This document shows, piece by piece, positions 32,829 to 43,791 of a stretch of DNA of 64,000 bases; positions within the stretch are counted from its first letter, which is position 1, and every line of letters begins with the position of its first letter. The translations under genes were made by a program, and so were the position numbers. The notes under the pieces are model-generated. The model had not been told where the DNA came from, made no database searches, and saw only the letters and a list, made by a program, of their open reading frames with translations. Origin of the DNA: Candidatus Marinacidobacterales bacterium (GTDB taxonomy: Bacteria > Acidobacteriota > Vicinamibacteria > Marinacidobacterales > SMYC01); assembly GCA_965237955.1 (NCBI GenBank), contig OZ250169.1, positions 5,152,001 through 5,216,000 of the forward strand, read 5' to 3'.

Positions 32829-33319
32829 CGCTTTTCCCTCTACTTTGGCCCGTCTCTAATGCGCCACCAAACCTCGGTGGACTCCGTGAGCACGCGATAG
32901 CATTCCCGACACTCCGTTATGTGGGCTTCGAGTGCCGCTCGCTCCTCTGAGCTCAATTTTCCGTCGATGAGTCTTGCTACCGTCTCAGCGGGAGGACATT
33001 TTTCCGAGTCCTATAAGAACGACCTACCCTACGGCGACTTTTCGGGCAGTCGAGCCGTGCGCTGGCTCACGCTGTATTACTCTCTGAGGCCTTCACGGCC
33101 AACCGTCCTCACGAGTCTCTACATCTCGCAGTCTTTCGCACCTTTACCCGCTTGTTGAAGGGGAGTGGAGCACGTTTTCCATGCCGCGGGGAACGAAAAC
33201 GCGCGGTATAGGCTGCGTGCGCGCATTCTCCCCGCGAACGTCGGTGACCTCCGTGCCTCCGTGGTGAAAAACGCCGCATGCGCGTCCCCGCCGCGTTGAA
33301 GTACAATCCATCGGATCTG

Positions 33320-35953
33320 ATGTCGCTAGGCTTCGAAGCGTATTGGCCCTTACTCCTGCTGCCGGCCGTGGCTTACCTGTGGTGGGTCCGGTGGGGTACC
33401 GATACGTCGTTGTCACCGCGGCATTTGAACCTTCTGACCGCCCTCCGTACCGCTGTCGTCTTCCTGCTGCTGCTCGCGCTGATGCGGCCGCTTCTGAATC
33501 GGCCGGGCAAAGAGATCTCGTCCATCTTCCTCGTCGACGTCTCGCGTAGCATTTCGCCCGAGTTCCTCAGTGCTGCCATCCAATGGAGTGGCGAGGCGGT
33601 CGAGACCGGACAGCCCGCCCACGCCCGTTTCATCGGCTTTGCGGCGCGGTCGGCCATCGTCGAGCGCGCCGAAGAGCTCGGCTCCTTGGCCGTCTATGAC
33701 GGCGCCTCGGTAGAATCCGGGGCGAGTCTTTCGCCCGGCGCTATCGACCAGAGCCGCACGAACATCGAGCGAGCTCTTCGTCACGCTCTCACGAGCTTCG
33801 CGCCTCACAAGCTCCGGCGCCTCGTCCTGATTACCGACGGGCACGAGACCGAAGGGTCTCTCGATGACGTTCTCGCCGAGCTCCAGGAGCAAGGCGTGCG
33901 CGTTTTCACGGTTCCGGCCGCGGTGCGCGCAGAAGGCGACAGCTGGATCGAGTCCGTCGAGATCCCGGGAAACGTTCGTGCCAAGGAAATGAACGAGGTC
34001 TCCGTGATCGTGTTCAGCCGTAGCGAGAAAGAGGCGATGATCACGCTCGAGACGTCATCCGCTCGCCTTGCCGGCCGCGAGCTGTCGTTGTCACCGGGCT
34101 TCACCCGGATTCCGTTCGAGGTGCGCTTACCCGACGAAGGACTGGTGGACTTACAGGCGCGGATCGAGACCGCGGAGGACCCTTTCCAAGTCAACGACAT
34201 ACGGGTCGAGACGGTGTCCGTAGGCGCGGCGCCGAAGGTGCTCTACGTCGAAGGCCATCTCGCGAGCGCTCGCTACCTGCGAGGGGCGCTCGAGTCCGAG
34301 GGATTGGACGTGACCGTCCGCTCGGGCGCCAACTTGGCTTCGGTGCCGTGGAGCTCTTTCGACGCTGTCATCCTGAGTGACGTTTCCGTAAAGAGCCTCG
34401 ATGACAGGACCATGCGCGCCCTCGAGCGCTACGTGCGCGACGAAGACGGCGGGTTCATATTCGCCGCGGGCGAAACCAGCTACGGCGAGGAAGGTTATTC
34501 CGACACCATCGTCGAGCGGATCCTCCCGGTGGAGTTTCGCGTCGAGGAGAAGTGGAAAGACCTGTCGCTCATCATCGTGCTCGACAAGTCTTACAGCATG
34601 TACGGCCGCAAGATCGCGCTCGCGAAAGAAGCGACCAAGGCGGCGCTCGATCTGCTCGAAGAAACCCATCGCTTCGGCGTCATCACCTTCGACTGGAATC
34701 CGTACACCACGATTCCGCTTCAGCTCGCCGCCAACAAGGACGTCATCAAAGACGGCATCAGCCGCATTCAGGCGAGCGCACAAACCAATATCTACCCGGC
34801 CCTCGAGCGCGCGTTCGAGCAGCTCGGAGAGAGTCCTTCGAAGGTCAAACACGTTATCTTGCTTTCGGACGGCAAGACGTACCCGGACGATTACCAAGAG
34901 CTCGTCGAGCGGATGACCGAAGAGGACATTACCCTTTCCACGGTTGCGGTCGGTGAAGAGGCGGACCAGGAGCTTCTGGCGGACATCGCCGAGTGGGGCG
35001 ACGGCCGGAGCTACTTCATTGCGGATGCTGAGCGTGTCCAGCAGATTTTCATCGAGGAAACGCAAATCGCGCTCGAGTCGACTCTGATCGAAGAATCTTT
35101 CGCGCCTCTCGTGAAGCTCGAGATCGAAGCGTTCCGCGGGATCGATTTCGATACCGCGCCCGAGTTGAAGGGCTACGTCAGCACGCTTCCCAAAGACACC
35201 GCGGAAGTCATCCTCGAAGCTCAGGACGAAGATCCGCTACTAGCGCGGTGGCACTACGGTATCGGCCGCTCGGTCATGTTCACGTCGGACGTCAAGAACC
35301 GGTGGGCCGTCGATTGGCTCACGTGGGACGGTTATGGGAAATTCTGGGCGCAGCTCGTCCGCAAGACCCTTAGGCGACAACACGGAGCGGAAGTCGATTT
35401 TCGCGTAGTGAGAAAAGGCGATGCGGCCGAAGTCGAGCTTCGCGTCATCGACGAAGACGGCCACTATCCCAAAGGACTCAGGCCCGCGCTCGAGATCACA
35501 GACCCGGCAAGCGCGGTCCATACCCAGGCGATGCGCCAAACGGCGCCCGGTGTCTATTGCGCGTCGGTGCCGCTCACGATCTCACCGGATTCGCCGTGGC
35601 GGTTCCGTCTTTCGGCTAACGGATTGCCGGAAGAGGCGCTGAGCAACGCAGGCGCGACGCGTGCCGTGTTCTATCCGTATCCGGACGAGTATCGCTTCTA
35701 CCCGCCCGATGCGACGAGGCTCGAGGCCATCGCGACCGAGACCGGCGGCAAATTCCGACCCGAGGTTTCCGACATCTTTGCCGACCTCGACGAGTCCGCG
35801 AGCGTTCCCACGGAGCTATGGCCGCTCCTCGCAGCACTCGCTTTGCTATTCTATCTTGTGGACATCGCACTGAGGCGCGCTCCGTGGCTCTGGGAATTGC
35901 TCGAGGCGCGCGTTGGCTCAATCAGACCTACCAGAGCAGAATTCACAGATTGA
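33320..35953 (+). CDS. Membrane protein with two VWA domains and a GATase1-like domain
   Basis: DVSRS and DKSYS MIDAS motifs; ITDG/LSDG; PLLARWHYGIGRSVMFTSD. Confidence 0.88.
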   Translation: MSLGFEAYWPLLLLPAVAYLWWVRWGTDTSLSPRHLNLLTALRTAVVFLLLLALMRPLLNRPGKEISSIFLVDVSRSISPEFLSAAIQWSGEAVETGQPAHARFIGFAARSAIVERAEELGSLAVYDGASVESGASLSPGAIDQSRTNIERALRHALTSFAPHKLRRLVLITDGHETEGSLDDVLAELQEQGVRVFTVPAAVRAEGDSWIESVEIPGNVRAKEMNEVSVIVFSRSEKEAMITLETSSARLAGRELSLSPGFTRIPFEVRLPDEGLVDLQARIETAEDPFQVNDIRVETVSVGAAPKVLYVEGHLASARYLRGALESEGLDVTVRSGANLASVPWSSFDAVILSDVSVKSLDDRTMRALERYVRDEDGGFIFAAGETSYGEEGYSDTIVERILPVEFRVEEKWKDLSLIIVLDKSYSMYGRKIALAKEATKAALDLLEETHRFGVITFDWNPYTTIPLQLAANKDVIKDGISRIQASAQTNIYPALERAFEQLGESPSKVKHVILLSDGKTYPDDYQELVERMTEEDITLSTVAVGEEADQELLADIAEWGDGRSYFIADAERVQQIFIEETQIALESTLIEESFAPLVKLEIEAFRGIDFDTAPELKGYVSTLPKDTAEVILEAQDEDPLLARWHYGIGRSVMFTSDVKNRWAVDWLTWDGYGKFWAQLVRKTLRRQHGAEVDFRVVRKGDAAEVELRVIDEDGHYPKGLRPALEITDPASAVHTQAMRQTAPGVYCASVPLTISPDSPWRFRLSANGLPEEALSNAGATRAVFYPYPDEYRFYPPDATRLEAIATETGGKFRPEVSDIFADLDESASVPTELWPLLAALALLFYLVDIALRRAPWLWELLEARVGSIRPTRAEFTD

Positions 35954-37062
35954 CGACGCCCCTTCCTCATCGACGCATCATTGGCCGGCTATCGAGTCCC
36001 AACCCGGGGTCGATGCTCGTGGCGGTCGGTGGGCTCCACGGCAACGAGCGTGCCGGAGCCCATGCGCTCGTGCGCGTGGTCGAGCAACTCCAAGACGGCG
36101 CACCTCTCGTGCGCGGTGACGTGCTCGCCCTCACGGGGAATTTGAAGGCCCTGGAGGTTGGCAAGCGTTTCCTCGATGAGGATCTGAACCGTCGTTTTTC
36201 CCGTAGGTCAGTGGATGGTGACGTTGCCGAAGATCGCGAACGCACCGAGCTTCTCGACTTCCTCGACGACGCGTTCGCGAACGCGCGCGGTCCCGTCGTT
36301 CTCCTCGACCTTCACACCACCTCCGGCAAAGGCGCGCCCTTTGGTGTCTTTGCCGACACGATGGTGAGCCGTAACTTCGCGCGCCGCTTTCCCGTTCCGC
36401 TCGTGCTCGGTCTCGAAGAACAGCTCGCCGGAACGCTCGTCGACTTCGTGGGACTGAAGGGCCACGTCGCCGTTGGCTTCGAGGGAGGCCAGCACGACGA
36501 TCCAAAATCGATTGACCACCTGGCGTCCATCGTATGGCTTGCACTCGCCTACCTAGGACTCGTCGAGCGAAGCGTGGACGCCGAACGGCGTGCACTCGAG
36601 CGTGTGGCGAAAGATGCCCCCCGGGTACTCGAAGTCACCTATCGGCACGAGGTCGCACCGAGCGATGGCTTCCTCATGTTGCCGGGCTTTAGCTCGTTCC
36701 AGCTCATCGAGCAACGCCAGGTGATTGCCGAAGATGTGCGTGGTGACGTGGCGGTGCCCGAGAGCGGCTACCTCCTCATGCCTCTCTACCAGAGCCAGGG
36801 TGACGACGGCTTCTTCGTCGTCCAGAAAGTGTGGGTGTTCTGGCTGTGGCTGTCGGCCCTGCTGCGCTACGCGCGCGCGGGTAGGATCGCGCATTGGCTT
36901 CCGGGTATCGACCGCGTCGACGGCGAAGAGCACCGGGTGGTTGTCTATCGCCGAGTCGCGCGATGGTACTCGCTCGAATTCTTGCATCTACTCGGCTTCA
37001 GACGCCGGGAGGAGAGTGACGGCGTCCTGTTGATGGAGCGGCGTGCGCACGACTTGCCATGA
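35950..37062 (+). CDS. Succinylglutamate desuccinylase/aspartoacylase (M14) family protein
   Basis: GGLHGNE, DEDLNR, LDLHTTS, FEGGQH. Confidence 0.9.
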   Translation: MTTPLPHRRIIGRLSSPNPGSMLVAVGGLHGNERAGAHALVRVVEQLQDGAPLVRGDVLALTGNLKALEVGKRFLDEDLNRRFSRRSVDGDVAEDRERTELLDFLDDAFANARGPVVLLDLHTTSGKGAPFGVFADTMVSRNFARRFPVPLVLGLEEQLAGTLVDFVGLKGHVAVGFEGGQHDDPKSIDHLASIVWLALAYLGLVERSVDAERRALERVAKDAPRVLEVTYRHEVAPSDGFLMLPGFSSFQLIEQRQVIAEDVRGDVAVPESGYLLMPLYQSQGDDGFFVVQKVWVFWLWLSALLRYARAGRIAHWLPGIDRVDGEEHRVVVYRRVARWYSLEFLHLLGFRRREESDGVLLMERRAHDLP

Positions 37063-37295
37063 ACTTACTTCTTCTCTCCGCATTCTACCACTCGCTCGCG
37101 CTCGTGGCCGGCGTTCTGCAAACGACGGCACCTATTCTCACCGCAGTGACCGGTGATGCGACATTCGCGAAAGAGTTTTGCGCGCGCTACATCTATGACA
37201 GCGAGCTCCCCGACTACGAGACGCTTCTCGCGCTCGCGGGGTTCGAGCTCAGGCTCGTGGACGAAAAGAAACTGGACTTGGTTCCCAAGCCCTGA
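37059..37295 (+). pseudogene. Short fragment resembling an M61 aminopeptidase C-terminal region
   Basis: VTGDATFAKEFCARYIYDSELPDYETLLALAG; catalytic domain absent. Confidence 0.4.
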
Positions 37296-37297
37296 TC

Positions 37298-37975
37298 ATG
37301 TTTCATCCCGACGGGCCGACGTTTTGGGAGTTGGCCCGCCAGGCACTTTCCTCCACCGAGCATGGCTACGATCTCATCGCGCCGAAGTTCGACGTCACAC
37401 CGTTTCGCACACCTGACGCGATCTTGACCCGCGCGTGCGCGTACATCAGCGAGCATCTGGAGCCGGGGCGAGTCTTGGATCTTTGCTGCGGCACTGGAGC
37501 GGTGCTGGAGATGCTCGATTACGAACACGCGGTTGGGCTCGATAGGAGCCGGGGCATGATGGAAGTCGCTCGCAAGAACGCTCCATCTGCGGCGTACGTG
37601 CGCGCGGACGCATTGCATCCGCCATTCGAAGCCGCATTCGACCTCGTGACCTGCTTCAGCGCGCTCGGCCACATCCTTCCCGCCGACGAGCAACCTTTCG
37701 TGCACGCAGTGAAATCATGCCTACGCCCAGGCGGGCATTTCGTGTTCGTCACTAGCCGCATGCCTTCGATGTGGTCTAGCAGCTATTGGGTCTCCCGTGG
37801 CTTCAACGCCGCCATGCACGTTAGAAACGCCCTCTGGTCGCCGCCGTTCGTCATGTACTACTTGACGTTCCTGTTGCCGAAAGCGACCGAGTACCTCGAG
37901 GACGCCGGGTTCGAAGTCCGTATCGTGGACGAGATGTTGGAGCGCCTCGTCCTCGTTGATGCGTCCCTCGATTAG
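37298..37975 (+). CDS. Class I SAM-dependent methyltransferase
   Basis: VLDLCCGTG, GLDRSRGM, LRPGG. Confidence 0.9.
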   Translation: MFHPDGPTFWELARQALSSTEHGYDLIAPKFDVTPFRTPDAILTRACAYISEHLEPGRVLDLCCGTGAVLEMLDYEHAVGLDRSRGMMEVARKNAPSAAYVRADALHPPFEAAFDLVTCFSALGHILPADEQPFVHAVKSCLRPGGHFVFVTSRMPSMWSSSYWVSRGFNAAMHVRNALWSPPFVMYYLTFLLPKATEYLEDAGFEVRIVDEMLERLVLVDASLD

Positions 37976-38064
37976 CTGATGTAGTCCTCTCGTTGTCCCG
38001 CAGGTGCGGCCCCAGCATCAGCGACCTAATCTAGACCACGGTGACAATGGGACTCGCGATTGGC

Positions 38065-38910
38065 CTAGGCCGAGTACCCCGGCGGGTACCAGCGGCCCGG
38101 GGGTTCCCATTTGCCTTCGTCGTTCTGCACCGTCAGAACGCGGACGCCGTCTTGAGTGACGGCGAGAGTGTGCTCGTATTGCGCTGAGAGCTTCCCATCG
38201 ATGGTGACAGCGGTCCAGCCGTCGTCGAGGACCTCCATCTCCCACCCGCCAACGTTTATCATCGGCTCGACGGTGAAGACCAGGCCGGGGGTCATGCGTT
38301 TGCCTCGCCCTTGCTCGCCGAAGTGGGGGACTTGCGGTGCTTCGTGAAACCCGCGACCGGTGCCATGTCCGACGAAATCGCGCACGACAGAGTAGCCCAA
38401 CGGCTCGACGTGCGATTGGATGGCGTGTCCAATGTCGCCCAAGCGGTTGCCGGGCTCGACGGCCGCGACACCCAGACGCTGCGCTTCGAGCGTGGCGACG
38501 AGTAGCTTCATCGTGTCTTCGCTGACTTCGCCTACGGGAATGGTCGAGGCGTTGTCGCCGTGGAAACCTTCGACGATGAGGGTCACATCGACGCCGACGA
38601 TGTCACCTTCTGTCAGTACTTGTCTTGGATTCGGAATGCCGTGGCAGATGACTTCGTTGACGGCGGTGCAAATGCTCTTGGGAAACCCCCGGTAGTGGAG
38701 CGGCGCGGCGACGACGTCGTGCTTCTTGGCGAACTCGACTTGCAGGTCGTCGATGTCTTGGGTGGTCATGCCGGGCTGGACTTGTTTGACGATCCACTCG
38801 AGGCATTCCGACGCGAGTCGGCCCGCCTTGGCCATGGTGTCTATTTCGGCCTGGCTTTTGATGAAGACGCGGCCGCTGGATTCGTAGAAGTTTTGGCCTG
38901 TTTCTTTCAT
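38065..38910 (-). CDS. map: Type I methionine aminopeptidase
   Basis: NEVICHGIP, GFHGD, GHGTG..FHEAP, TVEPM, SAQYEHT. Confidence 0.97.
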   Translation of the reverse strand: MKETGQNFYESSGRVFIKSQAEIDTMAKAGRLASECLEWIVKQVQPGMTTQDIDDLQVEFAKKHDVVAAPLHYRGFPKSICTAVNEVICHGIPNPRQVLTEGDIVGVDVTLIVEGFHGDNASTIPVGEVSEDTMKLLVATLEAQRLGVAAVEPGNRLGDIGHAIQSHVEPLGYSVVRDFVGHGTGRGFHEAPQVPHFGEQGRGKRMTPGLVFTVEPMINVGGWEMEVLDDGWTAVTIDGKLSAQYEHTLAVTQDGVRVLTVQNDEGKWEPPGRWYPPGYSA

Positions 38911-38993
38911 TCCAGCATCCAGCATTCAGCATTCAGTTGTCTACGCGGACTTCATATTGCGTTTCGTCTTATTGTAACGTCATCGGCTTCGGG

Positions 38994-40400
38994 TTAGGCG
39001 AGTTTCTTCGAGTAGGGGCCGAGGATTGCTTTGCCTTCGTGGGCGATTCGGGATCGGGAGGCTAGGTAGAAGATCAGGCCTAGGGCGGACCATAGGATCA
39101 GGATTAGCCATTCTTGGGGCCAGATTAGGGCGGACGGGCTTCCGGGGAGGTAGAGGAGGATGAAGAACAGCGTTGCGATGAGGGCCAGCGAACCTACCAG
39201 CTTGGGGGCGGGGACTTGGTAGGGCCGCTCGAGATCTGGGTAGCGCTTTCTCAGTCGTAGGAACGACACCGTCACTAGGAAGTAGCCGAGTACGGTGGCC
39301 AGGCCGCCGGCGTTGACGAGCCATACAAGGACTTGGCGGCCGAACCACGGCGCGACGGTGGAGATCGCGGTCAGCAGGATGATGACGGCGACGGGGGAGT
39401 CGTAGCGGGGGTGAAGTCGGGCGAACACGGCAGGCAGCATTCCGCCTCGCGCCATGGCGAAGAGCAGCCGTGACGCGCCGATGAAAAAGGCGTTCCAGCT
39501 GGTGATGATTCCGAGGAGGCCGCCGAAGATGAGTGCTCGTGCTCCCCACGGAGAGTCGTAGACCGCGGCCATCGCGTCGGCCGTCGCGAGCGCGGAGGTT
39601 TCGCGGGCGGAGGCATCGAGGTTCAGCCCGACGGTCCACTGCACCAGGACGTACCAGGTCATCGCTATGACGATCGAGACCAACATCAGTTTTCCGACGG
39701 TGCGGAATGGAATCTTGATTTCCTCAGCTACTTGCGGGATGACGTCGAAGCCGAGAAATAGAAACGGTGTCATGATGACGACGCGGAAGAATCCTTCGAC
39801 GCTTACGAAGCGAGGTGCGAGGTTTGCGGTGTCGCCGGTAACGTTGCCCGGTATGAAGAAGGCGAGCCCTACCAGAAAGAGGGTTGTGGCAGCAGCGCCT
39901 TGAACGAACGACGACAATCGGATCCCGAAGTAGTTGACGATGCCAATCCCGACAGCACCTGCGATCCCGACGAGGACCCACGGCAAATGCACGTCCCAAC
40001 CGGCGATCGTGTAGAGATAGCCGGTATTCAATCCGGTGACGACGTACCCCGCGACGGTAGGAAGGGAAACGACTTCGAACGCGACCACGGTCAAGTAGGC
40101 GAGCACGAGCGCCCATCCGCACACGAAGGCCGCGCGGGGACCGATGCCGGCGTACGTGAACGCGAGCTCGCCGCCCGCGCGAGACAGCGACGACGTGAGC
40201 TCGGCATAGGTCAGGCCGACGAGGAACACCATGACCGCACCGAGAACGAACGCAAGTGCGGAACCGATGGTGCCGGCGCGCGCCGTCATTTCGCCGGAGA
40301 GAACTACCCAGCCCCATCCGATCATCGCGCCGAAGGTGAGGGCGAGCACGTCGTGCCGGCCGAGGACCTTCGTCAGCTCGTTCCGAGTGTCGCCGCTCAT
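38994..40400 (-). CDS. APC family amino acid permease
   Basis: GAMIGWG, YAEL, GFDVIPQVAEE; many TM helices. Confidence 0.93.
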   Translation of the reverse strand: MSGDTRNELTKVLGRHDVLALTFGAMIGWGWVVLSGEMTARAGTIGSALAFVLGAVMVFLVGLTYAELTSSLSRAGGELAFTYAGIGPRAAFVCGWALVLAYLTVVAFEVVSLPTVAGYVVTGLNTGYLYTIAGWDVHLPWVLVGIAGAVGIGIVNYFGIRLSSFVQGAAATTLFLVGLAFFIPGNVTGDTANLAPRFVSVEGFFRVVIMTPFLFLGFDVIPQVAEEIKIPFRTVGKLMLVSIVIAMTWYVLVQWTVGLNLDASARETSALATADAMAAVYDSPWGARALIFGGLLGIITSWNAFFIGASRLLFAMARGGMLPAVFARLHPRYDSPVAVIILLTAISTVAPWFGRQVLVWLVNAGGLATVLGYFLVTVSFLRLRKRYPDLERPYQVPAPKLVGSLALIATLFFILLYLPGSPSALIWPQEWLILILWSALGLIFYLASRSRIAHEGKAILGPYSKKLA

Positions 40401-40424
40401 TTTTAGGCAGTGTATCATCGCGAC

Positions 40425-41165
40425 ATGAAGCCGATTCCGCGCGTGTCGCTCGTCATCCCGGCACGGAACGAGGAGCATTATTTACCGGCACTTCTCGATA
40501 GCGTTGATGAGGCGAGAGCACGTTTTCGGCACGGGCCGGACGCCGTCGAGGTCATCGTGGCCGACAACGCTTCGACCGATCGTACGGCTGACATCGCGTG
40601 CGCAAGAAATTGCGCCGTCGTCCGCGTAGAAAAGCGCGTCATTGCCGCAGTGCGCAACGGTGGAGGCCGGGCGGCGCGTGGCGAGGTCGTCGCTTTCGTC
40701 GATGCCGACTCGTGGATTCATCCCGAGACGTTCGACGCCATCGATGAAGTGATGTCCCTCGAGGACATTGTCGGGGGCGCGACCGGTCTCAAGATGTCAC
40801 GAATGTCCGCCGGGCTCGCCGTCACTTACGCAATCATGCTCGCGTTCGTGTGGACGAGTGGCTTGGACAACGGCGTCGTGTTTTGTCGGCGCACAGATTT
40901 CGACGCCATCGGAGGATACCGCGAGGACAAAGATTTCGCGGAAGATGTCCAATTCCTGCTGGACCTGAGAAAGCTCGGTCGCGGCCGCGGGGAGAAATTC
41001 GCTCGAGCCACCGCCGCCAAAGCAGTTACCTCGACACGCAAGTTCGACAGGTATGGCGACTGGCACTATCTCGTGAATTTCTTCCGCTCCCGGTACTGGT
41101 ATTTTCGGGATAAAACCGCACTTCACGAGTGGGGTCAGGACTACTGGTACCGGGACCGGGAGTAG
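40425..41165 (+). CDS. Glycosyltransferase family 2
   Basis: VIPARNEE, DNASTD, FVDAD, AEDV. Confidence 0.92.
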   Translation: MKPIPRVSLVIPARNEEHYLPALLDSVDEARARFRHGPDAVEVIVADNASTDRTADIACARNCAVVRVEKRVIAAVRNGGGRAARGEVVAFVDADSWIHPETFDAIDEVMSLEDIVGGATGLKMSRMSAGLAVTYAIMLAFVWTSGLDNGVVFCRRTDFDAIGGYREDKDFAEDVQFLLDLRKLGRGRGEKFARATAAKAVTSTRKFDRYGDWHYLVNFFRSRYWYFRDKTALHEWGQDYWYRDRE

Positions 41166-41240
41166 CGCTTCTAGCGTGCACCGGTTAGAATCCCGCCATC
41201 CACAAAATGTAGTCTCGGTGCTATCAACGGGGGGATTTCG

Positions 41241-42257
41241 ATGCGTCTCACGCTTGCGATTGTGTTCATCGCCACCACCCTCGCCGCGCAGGACAAAGCC
41301 GGTGAAGGAGTTTGGCGCAACTACGACTTTACGCCCGGCAAGACCGCCTGGGTGGCTACTGATTTCTAGGAAGAACCCGTGGGCCGGTTTCCGGTGAGCC
41401 AGTTAGAGTTCGTCAAAGGCAACATGCAAATCGTCGAGCCCGACGGAGAAAAGGTACTTGAGGTATCGACGAACAGCGTGTTTCGGATCAACTTGCCCGA
41501 AGAGCTTCCCGAGGAGTTTACCCTCGAGGTGGTGGCGCGAGCGGGCGCGCCCAATCAAGCCACTAGGATCTTCTTCTCTCCACTCGAGGGAAGTATGAAG
41601 ACACACTCGGGTGTGTACCTGACGCTGAACCGCTGACCTGGTGTCTATTCCCACGGGCAACCCGTGTCGATGATCGATGCGCAGCGCGGCATCGCGGATC
41701 AGATGAACGACGTGAAATTTCAGGCTGACGGTGAGTCCGCGATGATGTACGTCGGTACCGAGCGCGCTGCCAATCTACCGAAGGCCGAGCTCGTCCGCTC
41801 GAACGTCATCGAATTTCACGTCACCGCTAACGCGCGACTCAGGAGCTACATCAAAAACGTCGTCGTCGCCGTGGGCATCGACAAGCTCTATGACTCGTTG
41901 ATGGCGAGGGGCGAGTTCACGACGCGCGGCATCTTCTTCGATTTCGACAGCGACGTGCTGCGTCCCGAATCGACACCGGTTCTCGAGGAGATTCGAGCGA
42001 CGCTCGCCGAGCACACCGAGCTCGAGGTGGTGATCGAGGGCCACACGGACAGTGCAGGCGAAGACGCCTACAACCTGAGTTTGTCCGAGCGTCGCGCGCA
42101 GTCGGTCGTGGCCTATCTCGTGGCGAACGGCATTGCCGAGAGTCGTCTCGGTGCTGCAGGGAAGGGTGAGACCGAGCCCGTGGCCGACAATGACTCACCG
42201 GAAGGTCGCGCTCAGAACCGTCGCGTCGTGATCAAAAAGAAGGCCGGCGCATCATGA
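41241..42257 (+). pseudogene. OmpA-family protein with two in-frame stops (TAG 41367, TGA 41634)
   Basis: Signal peptide and NYDFTPG; same frame throughout; IEGHTD, LSERRA, GRAQNRRV. Confidence 0.85.
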
Positions 42258-42398
42258 AGCGAGGCAGTGTCCGGGCGCGTACTTACACTCTTTTCCAACA
42301 CGCGACGTTTGCAAGAGCGCTCGTGCGGATCTTTGCTGGATTCGCGCCTTGCCTCATCGCGTGGCAATCCAGTATCCTCGAAGAAGGAGGAATCTCGC

Positions 42399-42788
42399 AT
42401 GCTCGTAATCCTAGCCCTTCAAGATCTTGGCAACGACGGCGGCGGCATCGCCGGCGCGATTGGTGGATTGATTTACCTGGCGTTCCTGGTGTTGATGGTG
42501 GCCAGCCTCTGGAAAATATTCGACAAGGCCGGCGAGCCGGGCTGGGCGGCCATCATCCCGATTTACAACGTCGTCGTGCTGCTCAAGATCGTGGGGCGCC
42601 CGATATGGCGGCTCGTTCTGATGTTTATTCCCCTCGTCGGTGCCATCATCGCGATCCTCGTTACGATTGATCTCGCGAAGTCTTTCGGCCAGGGGGTCGG
42701 GTATGGAATCGGGCTCGTATTCCTGCCCTTTATTTTCGGCCCCATGCTCGCGTTCGGCGACGCCAGCTACGGCGGCCCGGCCGCCTGA
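42399..42788 (+). CDS. DUF5684-like membrane protein
   Basis: WKIFDKAGEPGWAAIIPIYN, LAKSFG; RBS AGGAGG. Confidence 0.85.
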   Translation: MLVILALQDLGNDGGGIAGAIGGLIYLAFLVLMVASLWKIFDKAGEPGWAAIIPIYNVVVLLKIVGRPIWRLVLMFIPLVGAIIAILVTIDLAKSFGQGVGYGIGLVFLPFIFGPMLAFGDASYGGPAA

Positions 42789-43017
42789 CCTTCAGTCGCG
42801 CGCGCGCGACCACAACGCTGACAGCAGCGCTCGTTCTGTTCTGCGCGGCAGCGATGGGGTTCGTCGTCAGACAGAGATTCGCCGGGCGCGATTGTATGAG
42901 CGCTCCGTCACCGACTTCGAAGGCCGGCTCGGAAATCTCGGTGCCCAGGCGGGTGACGAAGGATTCGTGACGTCGTGACCGGCGTCGCGATGTGCTCGCG
43001 CCCGCCCTTGTTTTTGT

Positions 43018-43719
43018 CTACAGCGCGCTTCGTTTTCTTCGGTCCGCGAGAAGGCCGACGACGCCGATGACGATGAACCCCAGCGCGGCCGGTTCGGGGA
43101 CTGCCGTAATCACGCGGATCTCATCGAGGCGCGATGTGGTGGAGAAATCGAAACGAACCGTGCGGAAATCTGCAGAGAGCGTGACGATGTCGTTCACTGT
43201 GATACCCTCGGTCTCGAAGCCGGGTCCTTCCACTCCGCGAAAATCGTCGAGCTGATACGTCGTCGCGAGAGCGCCGAGCAGCGCGTCGGTGGCGTCGAGT
43301 GAGCTCGTCTGGACGAGGATCCCCAGGATGTCGCGATTGAACGTCACCGAGCCACCGGAAGCTCCAGAACCGGACAGCGGGTCGAAATGGAACAGATAGG
43401 AGTCGACGCGCGTCCCCGATAAAATCGTTCCCGGCGTGAGATCCGCCGCCTCGTCCACGACACCCGGTGACGTGACGTCTGCATCCACGTCGGAGCCGAG
43501 AATGAGAGCGGATTGCTCAAGAAAAACCCGGGTGAGCAGATCGTCTTCCAACGCGCCGAGAACGACGGATGGCGGCGGCGCTATGAAATCGAGATCGCCG
43601 AGAAAGCTGATGATGCCAGCTTCTACGCTTGATGAGGACATCACGACGATGAGGAGCGCGGCCAGAGGATAACGCGATCGCTCACTGCGCGGTTTTGTTG
43701 CGGGAATAGCATTGCGCAT
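43018..43719 (-). CDS. PEP-CTERM sorted surface protein
   Basis: Signal peptide; C-terminal VPEP, TM segment and RRKR. Confidence 0.88.
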   Translation of the reverse strand: MRNAIPATKPRSERSRYPLAALLIVVMSSSSVEAGIISFLGDLDFIAPPPSVVLGALEDDLLTRVFLEQSALILGSDVDADVTSPGVVDEAADLTPGTILSGTRVDSYLFHFDPLSGSGASGGSVTFNRDILGILVQTSSLDATDALLGALATTYQLDDFRGVEGPGFETEGITVNDIVTLSADFRTVRFDFSTTSRLDEIRVITAVPEPAALGFIVIGVVGLLADRRKRSAL

Positions 43720-43775
43720 TTCACTCACTCCTGAAAGGACCCGGGAACTCGAGTCGTTCGCAATCTCGAACGCGT

Positions 43776-43791
43776 TGCAACTCTCGATCCA
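43776..43791 (-). promoter_or_regulatory. Probable sigma54 promoter of the PEP-CTERM gene
   Basis: Minus strand TGGATCG-AGAG-TTGCA (GG-N10-GC). Confidence 0.6.

Noticed and set aside
33183-33237. GCGGGGAAC...TCCCCGCG resembling a type I-E CRISPR repeat
   Set aside because: Single hairpin with no repeat-spacer periodicity and no cas genes.
10239-41636. Stop-codon recoding, or Sec/Pyl insertion, at the in-frame stops
   Set aside because: All three stop types occur, at positions not obviously catalytic, and all three end normal genes here; point mutation or sequencing error is simpler.
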